Shown here piece after piece: positions 26,497 through 41,400 of a DNA stretch of 64,000 nt; the first letter of the stretch is position 1, and each line of letters opens with the position of its first letter. The translations under genes and the position numbers were made by a program. Below the pieces are notes generated by a model. That model saw nothing but the letters and a program-made list of their open reading frames with translations, did no database searches and was not told the origin of the DNA. This DNA is from Octopus bimaculoides (taxonomy: Eukaryota): assembly GCF_001194135.2 (NCBI RefSeq), contig NC_068991.1, forward strand, positions 10,350,135-10,414,134. The letters run 5' to 3'.

Positions 26497-26659
26497 AGAA
26501 TTCACAAAAAAACAAAAGACGAAGAAAGGTGGTGTAGAAAACAAACAGATGTATCAGTTTAACGCTCGGGAACTGAAAAAGTCTTTAACGTTTCGAGCCT
26601 ATGCTCTTCTACAGAAAGGAACACAGAAAGAAACAGGGAGAGAAAAAAAAATGTGTGTA

Positions 26660-26690
<31 letters not shown>

Positions 26691-29600
26691 CACAGAGGGA
26701 AAGAGAAGGGAAGACAATGAAAGAAACAGAAATAGTGGAATCTGAAAACATAGAAAGAGAAAACACTGCATGGTATCATGGGCAAGTGTTTTCTACTATA
26801 GCCCCAGGCCAACCAATGATTTGTGAGGGGATCTGGTGGACAGGAACTAAAAAAGCCCATCGTGTGTGTGTATGTGTGATGTGTCTTTGTGTTTCTGTCT
26901 GTCCTTCCAACCGCATGACAACCAGTGTTGATTTGTTTACACCCCCATAACTTAGCAGTTCAGCAAATGGAAAAGACAGAAAAAGTGCCAGGCTTAAAAA
27001 AAAAATTTAAAAAAAAAAAAGTACAGGGGTCATTTTCTTTGACTAAAACCCTTCAAGGAGCTTGTTGGCCACAGTCAAATGACTGAAAGAAGTGTGAAAT
27101 AAAGACGAAAGAAAGCTTACCTGACTACGTAAGCTGAAAAGATGTTCTTGCTAACAATATCATTTCCTGTGTCGATGCCTTTCGATTTCAGCAGCAGCAG
27201 ATTTTCAACAGAGCCACGGCTTCCTAACTCTTGTAAAGTCCAACCGAGATCTGAGCAAATATAAGAATATTCATTAGCATAAAAGAAACAAAACAAAACA
27301 TTTAAGAGTTTATTGTTGCTGTTGCTGATGAGGTGATGCATTGGTAGAATCAGTAGATGGTCAGATAAAATGGGTTTTTTGTGAAAAGCACTTTGGCACC
27401 ACTTCATTTTTAAGGTCTGGGTTCAACTGTAGCTGTAATTTGGGCCTTGAGAACTAGACTAATAAAATATAACTCACTGGATTCCGGCAAAGAAAAAAAG
27501 GACTTGTAACTTGGATAAGTGTGGTATTATAATGATTGGCAAAAAGCGAAACTGTCTCTCAGACAAAAAAACCTGAACCAGAAAGCACAAGTGGAAGACA
27601 GACGGACTTCCAGAGACATGACAGGTTGAATGTCACGTTCACATGCTAAAAAAACTATTGGTTGTCGTATCCCTAACAAAGACCAACTGAGGTCAACTTT
27701 ACCTTTTATCCTTCCAGGGGTGTTAGGGGGAAAGATAAAAATCAAGTATCAGTCAAATAGTGGGGTCAATATAAGCAAATTGTTCCCTTCCTGTAAACTG
27801 GCCAGATCTGGCCTCTCATACCTACCCTACAATGTCATTCTAAAAATAAACAACCAGATCACTGAAATCTTAAAGCTACAAGATAATGCAATATTCATCA
27901 GCATCATTTAACATCTGTTTTCTATGCTGGCATGGGTTGGACAGTTTGTCTGAAAACTGGTAAGCTGGGGAGCTGCACCAGGTTCCAGTCTGATCTGGCA
28001 TGGTTTCTACGGCTGGATGCCCTCCAAGAGTGTAGTGGGTGCTTTTTATGTGAACTGGCACGGGTGCCAGTTACGTAACACTGGCACTGGCTACAACTAT
28101 GATCTCACTTGGCTTGATGAGTCTTCTCAAGCATGGTGTATTGTCAAAGATCTTGGTTACTTGTCACTGCCTCCATGAGCCCCAACATTCGAATGGTGTT
28201 TTTTACAAGCCATTGGTATGGGTGTCAGTTACACGACACTGGCATCAGCCACAACTACGATTTCACTTGGCTTGACGGGTTTTCTCAATATGAAGAATAA
28301 AAATAAATAAGCATTATATTTGACAGAGGAATATGAATGTTAAAGGATAAAATAGAAATATGGCTAAAAAAATTTTCTTACCTGTTTTTCTGTTGACTTT
28401 GAAAAGGAATTCTGCGATGAGCATCAATAATTCTTCACTCACTTTATCACCACTTGATTCAAATCTGGAATTGGAAAAATTAATTTGTAATCTTTTTGCT
28501 TCCGTGTAAAACATCTTGTCCACTGCTCTACTGATTTTGCTAGTTACTATGCCAACAAGAATAGCAAAAACGAAGAGAGTGGGATCTTAACTTACTTTCT
28601 GATCATCTCTTTGGCAGTTTTCATGCGATTCTCTTTGACTTGACGTAAAATATCATCTTCCAAGATGGTGGATTGTTTCATTTTATCCTGAATAAAAAAA
28701 AACATGTTAATAATGAGACAGTGAATGAGGAGAGACAGAGCTAATGAGGAAAGTCAGAGTTAACGAGGAAAGGTTGAGCTAATGAGTAAACAGGTAAACG
28801 AGGAGAGTCTGAGCGAAGATCTAAGCAAGGAGTAACAGAGCTGAGGAAGAGAGAGGGTTAATGAGGAGAGTCAGAGGTAAAAGAAGAGAGAGAAACTAAA
28901 TGAGAAGAGAGAGAGAGCTAATGAGAGATAGAACTAAACTAGGAGACATAAACGAAGAGAGACAGAGCTAATGAAGAGAGACAGAACTAATGAAGAGAGC
29001 CAGAGGTAAAGGAGGAGAGAGACCTAAATGAGACAGAGCTAATGAGAGAGAGAACTAAGCTAAAGGAGACAGAGCAAACAAGGAGAAACAGAGGTAAATT
29101 AGGAGAGAGAACTAGACAAGGAGAGAGAGCAACTGAGAGATAGAACTAAATGAGGAGGGACAGAGCTAACAAGGAATCATCATCGTCGTTTAACGTCCGC
29201 TTTCCATGCTAGCATGGGTTGGACGATTTGACTGAGGACTGGTGAAACCGGATGGCAACACCAGGCTCCAATCTGATCTGGCAGTGTTTCTACAGCTGGA
29301 TGCCCTTCCTAACGCCAACCACTCTGAGAGTGTAGTGGGTGCTGGCAACTGCCACGCTCGAAATGGTAGAATCAACCATATAGAGAGAATAGGTAAGAAA
29401 GAAGAATGGGGGTGATAGAGGGGAGGAGGAGAGAAAGAATAGGTAAGGGAGAAGAATGGGGTTATAGAGGGGAGGAGGNNNNNNNNNNNNNNNNNNNNNN
29501 NNNNNNNNNNNNNNNNNNNNNNNNNNNNNNNNNNNNNNNNNNNNNNNNNNNNNNNNNNNNNNNNNNNNNNNNNNNNNNNNNNNNNNNNNNNNNNNNNNNN

Positions 29601-32322
29601 NNNNNNNNNNNNNNNNNNNNNNNNNNNNNNNNNNNNNNNNNNNNNNNNNNNNNNNNNNNNNNNNNNNNNNNNNNNNNNNNNNNNNNNNNNNNNNNNNNNN
29701 NNNNNNNNNNNNNNNNNNNNNNNNNNNNNNNNNNNNNNNNNNNNNNNNNNNNNNNNNNNNNNNNNNNNNNNNNNNNNNNNNNNNNNNNNNNNNNNNNNNN
29801 NNNNNNNNNNNNNNNNNNNNNNNNNNNNNNNNNNNNNNNNNNNNNNNNNNNNNNNNNNNNNNNNNNNNNNNNNNNNNNNNNNNNNNNNNNNNNNNNNNNN
29901 NNNNNNNNNNNNNNNNNNNNNNNNNNNNNNNNNNNNNNNNNNNNNNNNNNNNNNNNNNNNNNNNNNNNNNNNNNNNNNNNNNNNNNNNNNNNNNNNNNNN
30001 NNNNNNNNNNNNNNNNNNNNNNNNNNNNNNNNNNNNNNNNNNNNNNNNNNNNNNNNNNNNNNNNNNNNNNNNNNNNNNNNNNNNNNNNNNNNNNNNNNNN
30101 NNNNNNNNNNNNNNNNNNNNNNNNNNNNNNNNNNNNNNNNNNNNNNNNNNNNNNNNNNNNNNNNNNNNNNNNNNNNNNNNNNNNNNNNNNNNNNNNNNNN
30201 NNNNNNNNNNNNNNNNNNNNNNNNNNNNNNNNNNNNNNNNNNNNNNNNNNNNNNNNNNNNNNNNNNNNNNNNNNNNNNNNNNNNNNNNNNNNNNNNNNNN
30301 NNNNNNNNNNNNAAAATAGCACTAACCATATCCTCTGATTAACTGGAACAGCATCTCATCCCTATCAACACCAAATAAATTCTTAGTCATCTCCACAAGT
30401 TGTTCCAATTCAGAAATCTTAAACAAGAAAAAAAAAAACAAAAAAAAAACATTGAATATTAAAAAACAAAAACACACAAACACATCACAGGTATTACTAC
30501 AAGTCAATATACTGCTCATCACTCATCAATTTCAAGGAGCTACCACTGATAACAGCAGTGAACTTGGCCTTCCTGTGGCACCTACTTGTAGTTAGATTGA
30601 CTGGACCACTGACAGTTGTCTTAGTTCTAGACTTAAGACAGTATGGCAGTGTGGTATACTGTAATACCAACTGTTAGGTGGACTAGGCTGTTGGTGGTTG
30701 TCTTGGTTATGTACACAGATGACTATACCACATTGTGGTATCTATTTACAGCTAGATAGACTGGACTGTTGGCTATGGACAGTGTAGTGACAGGATATGA
30801 GGTGTTGACCTTTAGGCTGGGTCTCTGCTACTGTAAGGACTCCATAGTGTTTTGATGTAAATGACTTGAGGGGGTTTGTAGATGTGGAGGAGGATGGAGA
30901 GGAAGAGGGAGTATGGAGAAGTAGGGAAGAAGAATGGAAAGTTGGAGAGGGAAGTATGGAGGGGCAGAGGGGAAAGTATGAAAGGGCAGAGGGGAAAGTA
31001 TGAAAGGGCAGAGGGGAAAGTATGAAAGGGCAGATGGGAAAGTATGGAAGGGCAGGGGGGAAAGTATGAAAGGGCAGATGGGAAAGTATGGAGGGGCAGA
31101 GGGGAAAGTATGAAAGGGCAGAGGGGAAAGTATGGNNNNNNNNNNNNNNNNNNNNNNNNNNNNNNNNNNNNNNNNNNNNNNNNNNNNNNNNNNNNNNNNN
31201 NNNNNNNNNNNNNNNNNNNNNNNNNNNNNNNGAAGTATGGAGGGGCAGAGGGGAAAGTATGAAAGGGCAGAGGGGAAAGTATGGAAAGGTGGAAGAGTAT
31301 ACATGGAGAGGTGGGAAGAATATGGAGAGGTAATAGAACAGGGAGAAGTGGAATAGTTTAGAAAGGTGAGAGAATATGTGGAGGTTGTGGGAGTGTGTAG
31401 AGGTGTTTTGGCAGGTTTTCAGAAAATGTGACTTACCTTTTCCTTACTAATCAAGGTCTCGCATCCTATCTTGAGACGTATCATAGCAGCACGTATACCT
31501 GGGGTCTGGAAAACATTTAGAAAGAGAAGTTTACTATAAGCAAGCCAGTATATATTGGTTTGTTCATTTCTACATCCATTTTTTTTCCATGCCAGCATGG
31601 GTTAGATGCATATATCCTCAATACAGTGCTTTAGAATTAGGTATCCTTCTTGTTGCTAACCCATGCTTGCTTTTCAAATGAAGGACCTCTCATTTCACAT
31701 CTCTGAAGACGTGAAGTGGGAAAACAATTTATTGACAGAAGAAATGATAAGTAATATTTGTAGCGAGAGATTTTCACAGAACACAAATATAAATACACAC
31801 ACACACATACATACATGATGGGATTCATATACTCACAAAGCTTTGGTTGACCTGAGAACACAATAGAAGTTACTTGCCCAAGGTACCACGCACTTAGACT
31901 GAACCTGAAACCATATGGTTGGGAAGCAAACTTCTTACCCCACCGCCATATATATATATATTAGAAGGTTTGGAGGTGATGTACAGGAATTATATAGTAG
32001 AAAAAAATAATAAGGTACTCAGATACCTGGATGGTTGTACATTGACAGATTTTTATTAATATGTCACATGTTTTTATAAATTAGCGCCTGCATCTATTCT
32101 TGTAGATACTCCAGATTTATATATATAGTTCATCATCATCATTGTTTAACGCCCGCTTTCCATGCTAGCATGGGTTGGACGATTTGACTGAGGACTGGTG
32201 AAACCAGATGGCTACACCAGGCTCCAATCTGATTTGGCAGAGTTTCTATGGCTGGATGCCCTTCCTAACGCCAACCACTCAGAGAGTGTAGTGGGTGCTT
32301 TTACATGTCACCCGCACGATAT

Positions 32323-32370
<48 letters not shown>

Positions 32371-34081
32371 CTCCTTAACAAACTTATTGAATGGTGTTAG
32401 TTTGTAATATTCATCTTTCAAAAATGAAACTGCATATCCTATTTCTAGTCAGTATAGCTTGAGCCAGCTACATTGATTTACTGAATAGCAGTGAATATGA
32501 GTGAAACCATTTTAACTGTTATGTTGTGTGTTTGTTTATTTAATTAAGTTAACGTACCTCCAAGATCTTCTTGGCTTTCTTATAATGTCCACAATCAATG
32601 AGATTTACCATCAGTTGGTGCAGTACATTTAACTCACCATGAATCGGCGTCACTCGATCAATAGCTGAAACAAGATAACAAACAGTTCAAGTCTTTTACA
32701 ATCGGCGTTATCACAGACAACGATGATGATGATGATGAAGATAGTGACAGTGATGAAGGACCAAATTCAGTAATGGTCAGTTACACAAACACCCTCCACC
32801 CCACCCAATCTCTAATCAAACCCTGACAAATCTTGGTCACCTGGCCAAGCTGGAACTCTCACAGAATATAAAACAAAGAAACTAACACAATAAATAAATC
32901 ATATAAATTAATCAAATGCAGGTGGGAGGATATAGTATTGATACTAAAGGATGCTAATGCTGATAATGATAATTAAGGTGACAATAAAGGTGATGATGAT
33001 AATGACAGGTACGATAAAACGATAAACAGGTGAAACTAGTTCTATGAGAATGTTGATCTTCCCGGCTGAATGAAAGACATTATGTTTCTATTACGAAATA
33101 CCTAATCCAGGGGTTTTCAAACTGTGGTCTGCGGACCACAGGGGGTCCGTAGACAGCAAATACTGGGCAATTTGATTTTATATATGGTTTTTAATCAAAA
33201 TCTTTTAATTGACAATAAACCTATTTGTTAAATACTGTTAAATAAATAAATGTAAAAATATATGTTATTTTAAGCAAATATTTATGTTTAAATTTCATAA
33301 GCGTTTATAAGGGGTCCGCAAGTCAAAAAGTTTGAAAACCCCTGACCTAATACTATCTGCTGGCTGCAATTCTTAGCAGTAGCACCACCGTTTTTTGGTG
33401 AAAGGGCAGGATTTGAACTCAGAACAGATACTGCAAGGTCTCCCTTCAAATGATGATGATGAGGATGACTGTGATGATGCTGGTGATGGTTTACAAGAAA
33501 AATAACACAACAATAACAACAACACTAATAACATTGTGTAAAGGGCAAACAACAGTGATGAAGGAAGGTTTTTTTTTTCCAAGATGTCTAACCTTTCTGT
33601 AGTTTTTCAGGATCTTCTTTTGTAATAAACATCTGTAGCACACTGTCAACACAAGGGGCTCGACTATATTCTGTGATGAGCCAGTCTATAGCTTCCAGTA
33701 CCTGGTTACCGTCCTCCCTGAAAAGGATCAATCAACAAACACATCAGTCATCTGTCACAGCTTATACATCTTTACGTCAGTCATACATCGCACATTATAA
33801 TACATGGTTGTTCATCTGTCATCAATCTCAGTTTGTACACCTGCACATGTATTACCTACATGCATGAGTGTACATACTGGCATTGATGTAGCAACATTTG
33901 AAATTTTGTCTAGGTGAATCTAGCCGAAGATAACCGATCAAATTTACATTAACAAATGTAATTCGGAAAGTTCGAAACCTAGGTCTCAGATGATCCACAT
34001 CTGGGTCGTACATTTATCTAATGTTCTTCCTACAGGTAAGATGAAATTTTTTATGTTTGCCACCCGCAAACAACTTTGCCA

Positions 34082-34125
<44 letters not shown>

Positions 34126-37100
34126 TGAAGCTTTAGTATAGAGTTGTATATTATTGTCTGCTATTTCCAGTAAATATGCATAGATGATGGCTTCTTTCGG
34201 TTTCTACCAAATCCACTCAGAAGGCTTTGATCAGCCCGAGGCTATGGTAAAAGACACTCACCCAAGGTGCCACGCAGTGAGATTGAACCCGGAACCTTGA
34301 GGTTGGAAAGCAAACTGCCTGTGCCTATATAGTTCATTCATTTTTATGCCTGTTTTTCTCTGCTGGCTGAGTTAAAAGTACATTAACCGGTCAGCAACCC
34401 ACAACTGTTTTACAAATAAGGGATCTCTAATTTCTCGTCTTTGAAAACGCAAAGTGACCAGACAGTTTGTTAACAGAAGTGACAATCTCAACACTGATTG
34501 CAGCCTGCAATTTTTTGGATGCAAATTCCTTAACCACATAACTGAACTTGCTTCTCAGGTGTAGATGAAAAAAAAAAAAAGAGAACCCAACACAAAAACA
34601 ATTGATATAGATAGAAACAATTATAACGAAGAAATCAGTACCTTTCAATGTAACCCTTCATCACGGATTCCAACAGTTCAAAGGTGGCTGGTTTAATGAA
34701 ACCCAATTTAAAGAGTGTAGAGAGAACATTCTTGGTTGCAGAAAGGTCTTGAGTTTTGGCACAGTTGAATACAACAGTGCTGCAGTCTCTCTCGAAGGCA
34801 TAACCAGAAGACATCTGTGCATTAGCCATATATTTGCCATGTTTATCAGCATAGGTCTCAAGTAATGCCACAGCGTCTGAAATTTAAGCAAAGACCAAAG
34901 AGTTCTTTAAAGAAGCTGTTAGCTTGGTTTTCTTTTTAAACATGATGATGATGGGAATGATGATTTGGGATTTTTTTTCTCTTTCTTCAGTTTTCATACG
35001 ACATATAGAATGTAATGTAAAGAATCTAGTGTAGAGGGACTAATGCAGATAGGATAATGAAGAGGGGATAACAAAGAGAGGATAACATAAAGGGGATAAC
35101 AAAGAGGGGATAACGTAAAGGGGATGATGTAGAGGGGATATCAAAGAGAGGATAACGTAAAGGAAATAATGTAGAAGCAATAATGTAGGGGGGTATAATG
35201 TAGAAAAGATAATGTACAAACCTGAAACTTTTCCCTCATCTATCATCAAAGCAGCAACATTCAGAAGAGCTCTGGTGTAATCTGTATAGTCTGGAAATTG
35301 GTCTTCCCTGAATAAGAAAAAGTTAACTTGTATTACAATGCTACAACAGCCTACTGAAGAGTTTTGGCACAAGGCCAGCAAGTTCAGAGAGTGAGTTAAC
35401 TTGATTACATTGACCCAGTGCTGAACTGGTACTTATTTTATCAACCATGAAAGGACGAAAGACAAAGTCGAATTCAGCAGAATTTAAACCAAGAAGGTGA
35501 AGACGGATGAAATGCTGGCAGGCATTTTGCTCAGTGTGCCACCTCACTGTCATGAATAGATGTATTGTATTATTAAATAACCAGACCAAGACTGACAACC
35601 TCACCCCATTTCCAACCATAATGCCAAACTTGTACAAGACATAATTCCTCTCTAATTCCATAATACTAAACTATCCAAAACATACCCTACTTCCTCTAGT
35701 TTCACACCAGCAACCACTAGGACCCTCTTCTAGTCTTATACTGCTAGATCCCAGCCCAAACCACCAATATTAAAAGTGTTCACATCTTTAAGTTAAAATC
35801 TTGTTATTACATCAACAATGAGATATCTTAGTCAGGCAGGATTTCCACCAGTTTTATAAAGGAACATTATGCTAAAAAGGTGTTTCAAACATCAGTTTGA
35901 TATAACAGTTTGCAGTAAATGTCATGTTGTGGCCTAAATGCCTTGGGCTTATTTTGTAGCATATTCCAGAACCTTTTAAATTTAAAAAAAATATTTCTAA
36001 AATCAATGACTGATTTACAAAATCTTTTTGGAATTATATTATGACCCAAAAGTTGTAAACCTGAAATATAGACTCTCCCTTGTCTGCAGAAGGTCAAAGG
36101 TTTTAAATAAAGGGCAATACTTACATCAGAGCGAGATATTTCAGAGCTTCCTTCAAATCCTTCTTGTACATGGCATTTAAGAAGATCAACTGGCGTAGTA
36201 CCAGAGGGGGATAAAAGAATCCTTCTTTATCCAGAGACGCCTTCAGTTTTTCAGCTTGAGTAACATCCTGAGAATTAGGAAAATATAAATATAAATAAAG
36301 GTAGTTGTAAATAAGCGTCACTGTCATACAAGCGGTGTCATCCATTTCGAATCTTCAGTGAAAAACATGTCTGGCCATGAGAAAACATCACCTTGCTTGG
36401 AAACAAGAGAAAGTTAACAAGAAGAAGGGTATCACACCATACAAAATCAGCTTCAGTGAATTTCATCTGATCAAAGATGCTGTGATGCTTTAGATTTTTG
36501 TCAGCATGTCCATGAGTGTTAGACATATATGAGATTTAAAAAGGTGCCTAAGGTGTTGTTGGAAAGAAGGTGGATAATCTAGTGGATGTCTACCAAGCAT
36601 GGAAAAGTGGACATTTCAACATTGAGGGATGTGTCTCATCATCATCATCATCATTTAACGTCCATTTTCCATGCTAGCATGGCTACACCAGGCTCCAATC
36701 TGATTTGGCAGAGTTTCTACAGCTGGATGCCCTTCCTAACGCCAACCACTCCGAGAGTGTAGTAGATGCTTTTACATACCACCGGCACAAAGGTCAGTCA
36801 GGAGGTACTGGCAACGGCCATGCTCGAAATGGTGTATTTTACATGCCACCTGTACTAGCAACGAACTCGCTCGAATGTCTTTTCATGTGCCATGAAGGCA
36901 ACATTGGTAATGATCATTGGTAACGAACATTGGTATGTTATATTAAAGATAAAACTATGTTTTAGTTTGAGCTCTGTCATCAAGGATTTTTGCTATTTCT
37001 TTCTTAGTTTAGTTTGAAACAATACCTTTCCTTAAATCCAAACATGAAATACTCACCCCAGTGGCACAGTAGCGCACCAGAAGCAATTTCTTAGCCGTGT

Positions 37101-38417
37101 TGTTATTCGTTTTCGACACATAGTCTTGAAGTTGGCTGGTGGTATAATTGGCAAGTGGGTTCTGAAATAATATATACGAATATGTACACACTGAGTTATT
37201 GTAGTGGTGGTGGTGGTGGTGAAGTATGATGGCAATGGTGGTGGTGGTGGTGGTGGTGGTAGTGATTTGGCTCTGAATTAATAGACATAACACTAAGCAA
37301 TGCATGTGATGATGATGGTGGTGGAGATGATAATGATCATCATCATCATCATCATCGTTTAACGTCCGCTTTCCATGCTAGAATGGGTTGGACGATTTGA
37401 CTGAGGACTGGTGAAACCGGATGGCAACACCAGGCTCCAATCTAATTTGGCAGAGTTTCTACAGCTGGTTGCCCTTCCTAAACGCCAACCACTCAGAGAG
37501 TGTAGTGATAGAAATATATAATCAACTTATTGTATACAGTGCTCAGGTGCACCACAACTCATCACGAACGGTACATAGAATAGGATAATACACAGAAGCT
37601 AGCTCCCCAACCACNNNNNNNNNNNNNNNNNNNNNNNNNNNNNNNNNNNNNNNNNNNNNNNNNNNNNNNNNNNNNNNNNNNNNNNNNNNNNNNNNNNNNN
37701 NNNNNNNNNNNNNNNNNNNNNNNNNNNNNNNNNNNNNNNNNNNNNNNNNNNNNNNNNNNNNNNNNNNNNNNNNNNNNNNNNNNNNNNNNNNNNNNNNNNN
37801 NNNNNNNNNNNNNNNNNNNNNNNNNNNNNNNNNNNNNNNNNNNNNNNNNNNNNNNNNNNNNNNNNNNNNNNNNNNNNNNNNNNNNNNNNNNNNNNNNNNN
37901 NNNNNNNNNNNNNNNNNNNNNNNNNNNNNNNNNNNNNNNNNNNNNNNNNNNNNNNNNNNNNNNNNNNNNNNNNNNNNNNNNNNNNNNNNNNNNNNNNNNN
38001 NNNNNNNNNNNNNNNNNNNNNNNNNNNNNNNNNNNNNNNNNNNNNNNNNNNNNNNNNNNNNNNNNNNNNNNNNNNNNNNNNNNNNNNNNNNNNNNNNNNN
38101 NNNNNNNNNNNNNNNNNNNNNNNNNNNNNNNNNNNNNNNNNNNNNNNNNNNNNNNNNNNNNNNNNNNNNNNNNNNNNNNNNNNNNNNNNNNNNNNNNNNN
38201 NNNNNNNNNNNNNNNNNNNNNNNNNNNNNNNNNNNNNNNNNNNNNNNNNNNNNNNNNNNNNNNNNNNNNNNNNNNNNNNNNNNNNNNNNNNNNNNNNNNN
38301 NNNNNNNNNNNNNNNNNNNNNNNNGGCCACGCTCAAAATGGTGCAATTTATGTGCCACCCGCACAAGAGCCAGTCCAGGGGCACTGGCAACGATCTCGCT
38401 CGAAAATCCCACGAAGG

Positions 38418-38456
<39 letters not shown>

Positions 38457-41400
38457 CAAAGAATATATATACATGTATACATGTATATATATATATATAT
38501 ATATGTTTTAAATCTTTTAAATTTGTTTCTGGGAAACGTTTTTAATATACAAATAAAGTTCCTATTCCATTATGCCAGCCACAGTCTAATGGTGTTGACT
38601 GATGAACCAGTTTTTTGAAGTTGCATCTAGCTGTACCAATATAATGTAGGATAAATATAGTAATAATAACAATAATCTTTGGAAGATCTGAACCCTTTTG
38701 TTACCATATTTATTTTAAGATGCTCTGTGTTTATATATATATCATGTGTCTTTGTGACTGTGTTTGTCCTCCCCATCACTGTTTGGCAAATGGTGTTGGT
38801 GTGTTTACATCCCCATAACTTAGCAGTTTGATAAAAGGACCCGATAGAAAAAATACCAGGCTTTAAAAACTAGTCAAATGACTGAAACAGTTAAAAGAAT
38901 AAAAGAGTGAATGAGCAGTTTAAAAAAAAGAGAAGGGGGGGGGGCATCATGTGTACTGTTGGTGAATTTCAAGAAGCATGGAAATTTTGAAGAATATAAT
39001 GTCACAACAGCTAACAACTGATGTGGGTAGTTTATTTCATGCTTCAGCCATTTTGAGCATGGAAAATAACGTTTCCGAAAGTTATGGGTGCTATGATTTT
39101 GTAAGAATGTCCAAGAGTGTTAGACATATGGAATTCAAAGCTGCCTTATGGCTATTGTTGTAAAGATGGTGGATAATCTTGTGGGATGTGTACCAAGTCA
39201 GTTGCCAATGTTTTGCATTGTGCTTATTGATGTAGTCGTTAACCCTTTAGCATTTAAACTGGCCGTCTCCAGCCAGAGTAATCTACCTGTTTTTCATCTT
39301 CAAATTNNNNNNNNNNNNNNNNNNNNNNNNNNNNNNNNNNNNNNNNNNNNNNNNNNNNNNNNNNNNNNNNNNNNNNNNNNNNNNNNNNNNNNNNNNNNNN
39401 NNNNNNNNNNNNNNNNNNNNNNNNNNNNNNNNNNNNNNNNNNNNNNNNNNNNNNNNNNNNNNNNNNNNNNNNNNNNNNNNNNNNNNNNNNNNNNNNNNNN
39501 NNNNNNNNNNNNNNNNNNNNNNNNNNNNNNNNNNNNNNNNNNNNNNNNNNNNNNNNNNNNNNNNNNNNNNNNNNNNNNNNNNNNNNNNNNNNNNNNNNNN
39601 NNNNNNNNNNNNNNNNNNNNNNNNNNNNNNNNNNNNNNNNNNNNNNNNNNNNNNNNNNNNNNNNNNNNNNNNNNNNNNNNNNNNNNNNNNNNNNNNNNNN
39701 NNNNNNNNNNNNNNNNNNNNNNNNNNNNNNNNNNNNNNNNNNNNNNNNNNNNNNNNNNNNNNNNNNNNNNNNNNNNNNNNNNNNNNNNNNNNNNNNNNNN
39801 NNNNNNNNNNNNNNNNNNNNNNNNNNNNNNNNNNNNNNNNNNNNNNNNNNNNNNNNNNNNNNNNNNNNNNNNNNNNNNNNNNNNNNNNNNNNNNNNNNNN
39901 NNNNNNNNNNNNNNNNNNNNNNNNNNNNNNNNNNNNNNNNNNNNNNNNNNNNNNNNNNNNNNNNNNNNNNNNNNNNNNNNNNNNNNNNNNNNNNNNNNNN
40001 NNNNNNNNNNNNNNNNNNNNNNNNNNNNNNNNNNTTTTACTTGTTTCAGTCATTAGGCTGCAACCATGCTGGGGCACTGCACTCAAAAGTTTTTTGTCAA
40101 ATGTATCAACCTCAGTACTTATTTTTAAAAGCCTGGTACGTATTCTATCATTCTGTTTTGCTGAACCGTTAAGTTACAGGCTCATAAACACAGCAGGACC
40201 AGTTGTTCAGCAGTGGTGGGGGGACAAACACAGACACAAACACACACGGCAAGCTTCTTTCAGTTTCCATCTATCAGATTCACTCACAAGGCTTTGATCA
40301 GCTCGACGCTTAGTAGAGGACACTTGCCCAAGATGCCATGCAGTGGGACTGAACCCGGAACCATGGGGTTGGGAAGTAAGATTCTTAGCACACAGCCACG
40401 CCGAGATATATATTTATGCACATGCATGAGTTGAGTAGATGTTTGCCTCCAGCGCCAAAACGTAGTGTCACCAAAACGACCTGAACGTCCAGTCAGCTGT
40501 CAGCGTCCAAACAGCTGCACCCAACTGTCTGATTCCACAATGACTCGGAGAAGAAGCCCTTGAGTCGTGAGTGGAAGAAGAAGAAGAAGAAGAGGGGACA
40601 ATGATGACGACTAAGAATTAGAACAGAGAGATATGGTATACTTACAGCTTGTAAAGCCTCGGGAACACCCTGAATATTCACAGTGAAGAACTCAGAGTCA
40701 ACAGAGAAATTCTAGAGAATAAAACAAAAGAGAAAAAGAATTATCGAACTGTCTTTAGTTTGGATATAAGCCGAATTGCAATGGGATGTTGGAGAGAGGC
40801 AATGTAGTAGCAATCATGCCTTTTCTTTTCTCAATGGTATCATCCTGCAGCCAAGAATGAACACAAAACGTAAAATTCCGTCGACTGCGGTTTCTGTTTT
40901 ATTTCAGTATTCCAGCGAAATACGGCAATAGTAAAATTCTTTCTACTATGGCACACAACCTGAAATTAGGTGGAATGTGAGAGGCTAGTTGATTACATCA
41001 ACCCCGGTGCTCAACTCGTAGATATTTCATTGGCACTGGAAGGATGGAAAGTAAAGTTGACGTTAGCGGAATTTGAAGTCAGATAACCGATAAAAATGAA
41101 AGAAAGCATTTTGTCCGGGCAAAGTCAACCTTGGTGGAATTTGAACTCAGAACATAAAAAGCTGGAGTGAAAACCACTAAGCATTTTGTCTGACATGCTA
41201 AGGATTCTGCCAGATTACAGCCTTAATGATGGCTTCAAAGTCTGGCACAAGGCCAGCAATTTTAGGAGGAGGGGGTTAGCCAATTACATCACCCCTAGTA
41301 CGTGGCTGGTACTTAATTTCGTCAATCCTGGAGAGATGAAAGGTGAAGTTGACCCTGACATGATTTGAATCTAGAACCTAATGCACCAGAACAATGCTGC

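Noticed and set aside
34427-34648. Open frame with a pyrimidine tract as an extra LRPPRC exon
   Set aside because: Exons 34642-34876 and 33593-33717 join directly in phase and match the expected protein; the frame ends in a stop with no good donor.
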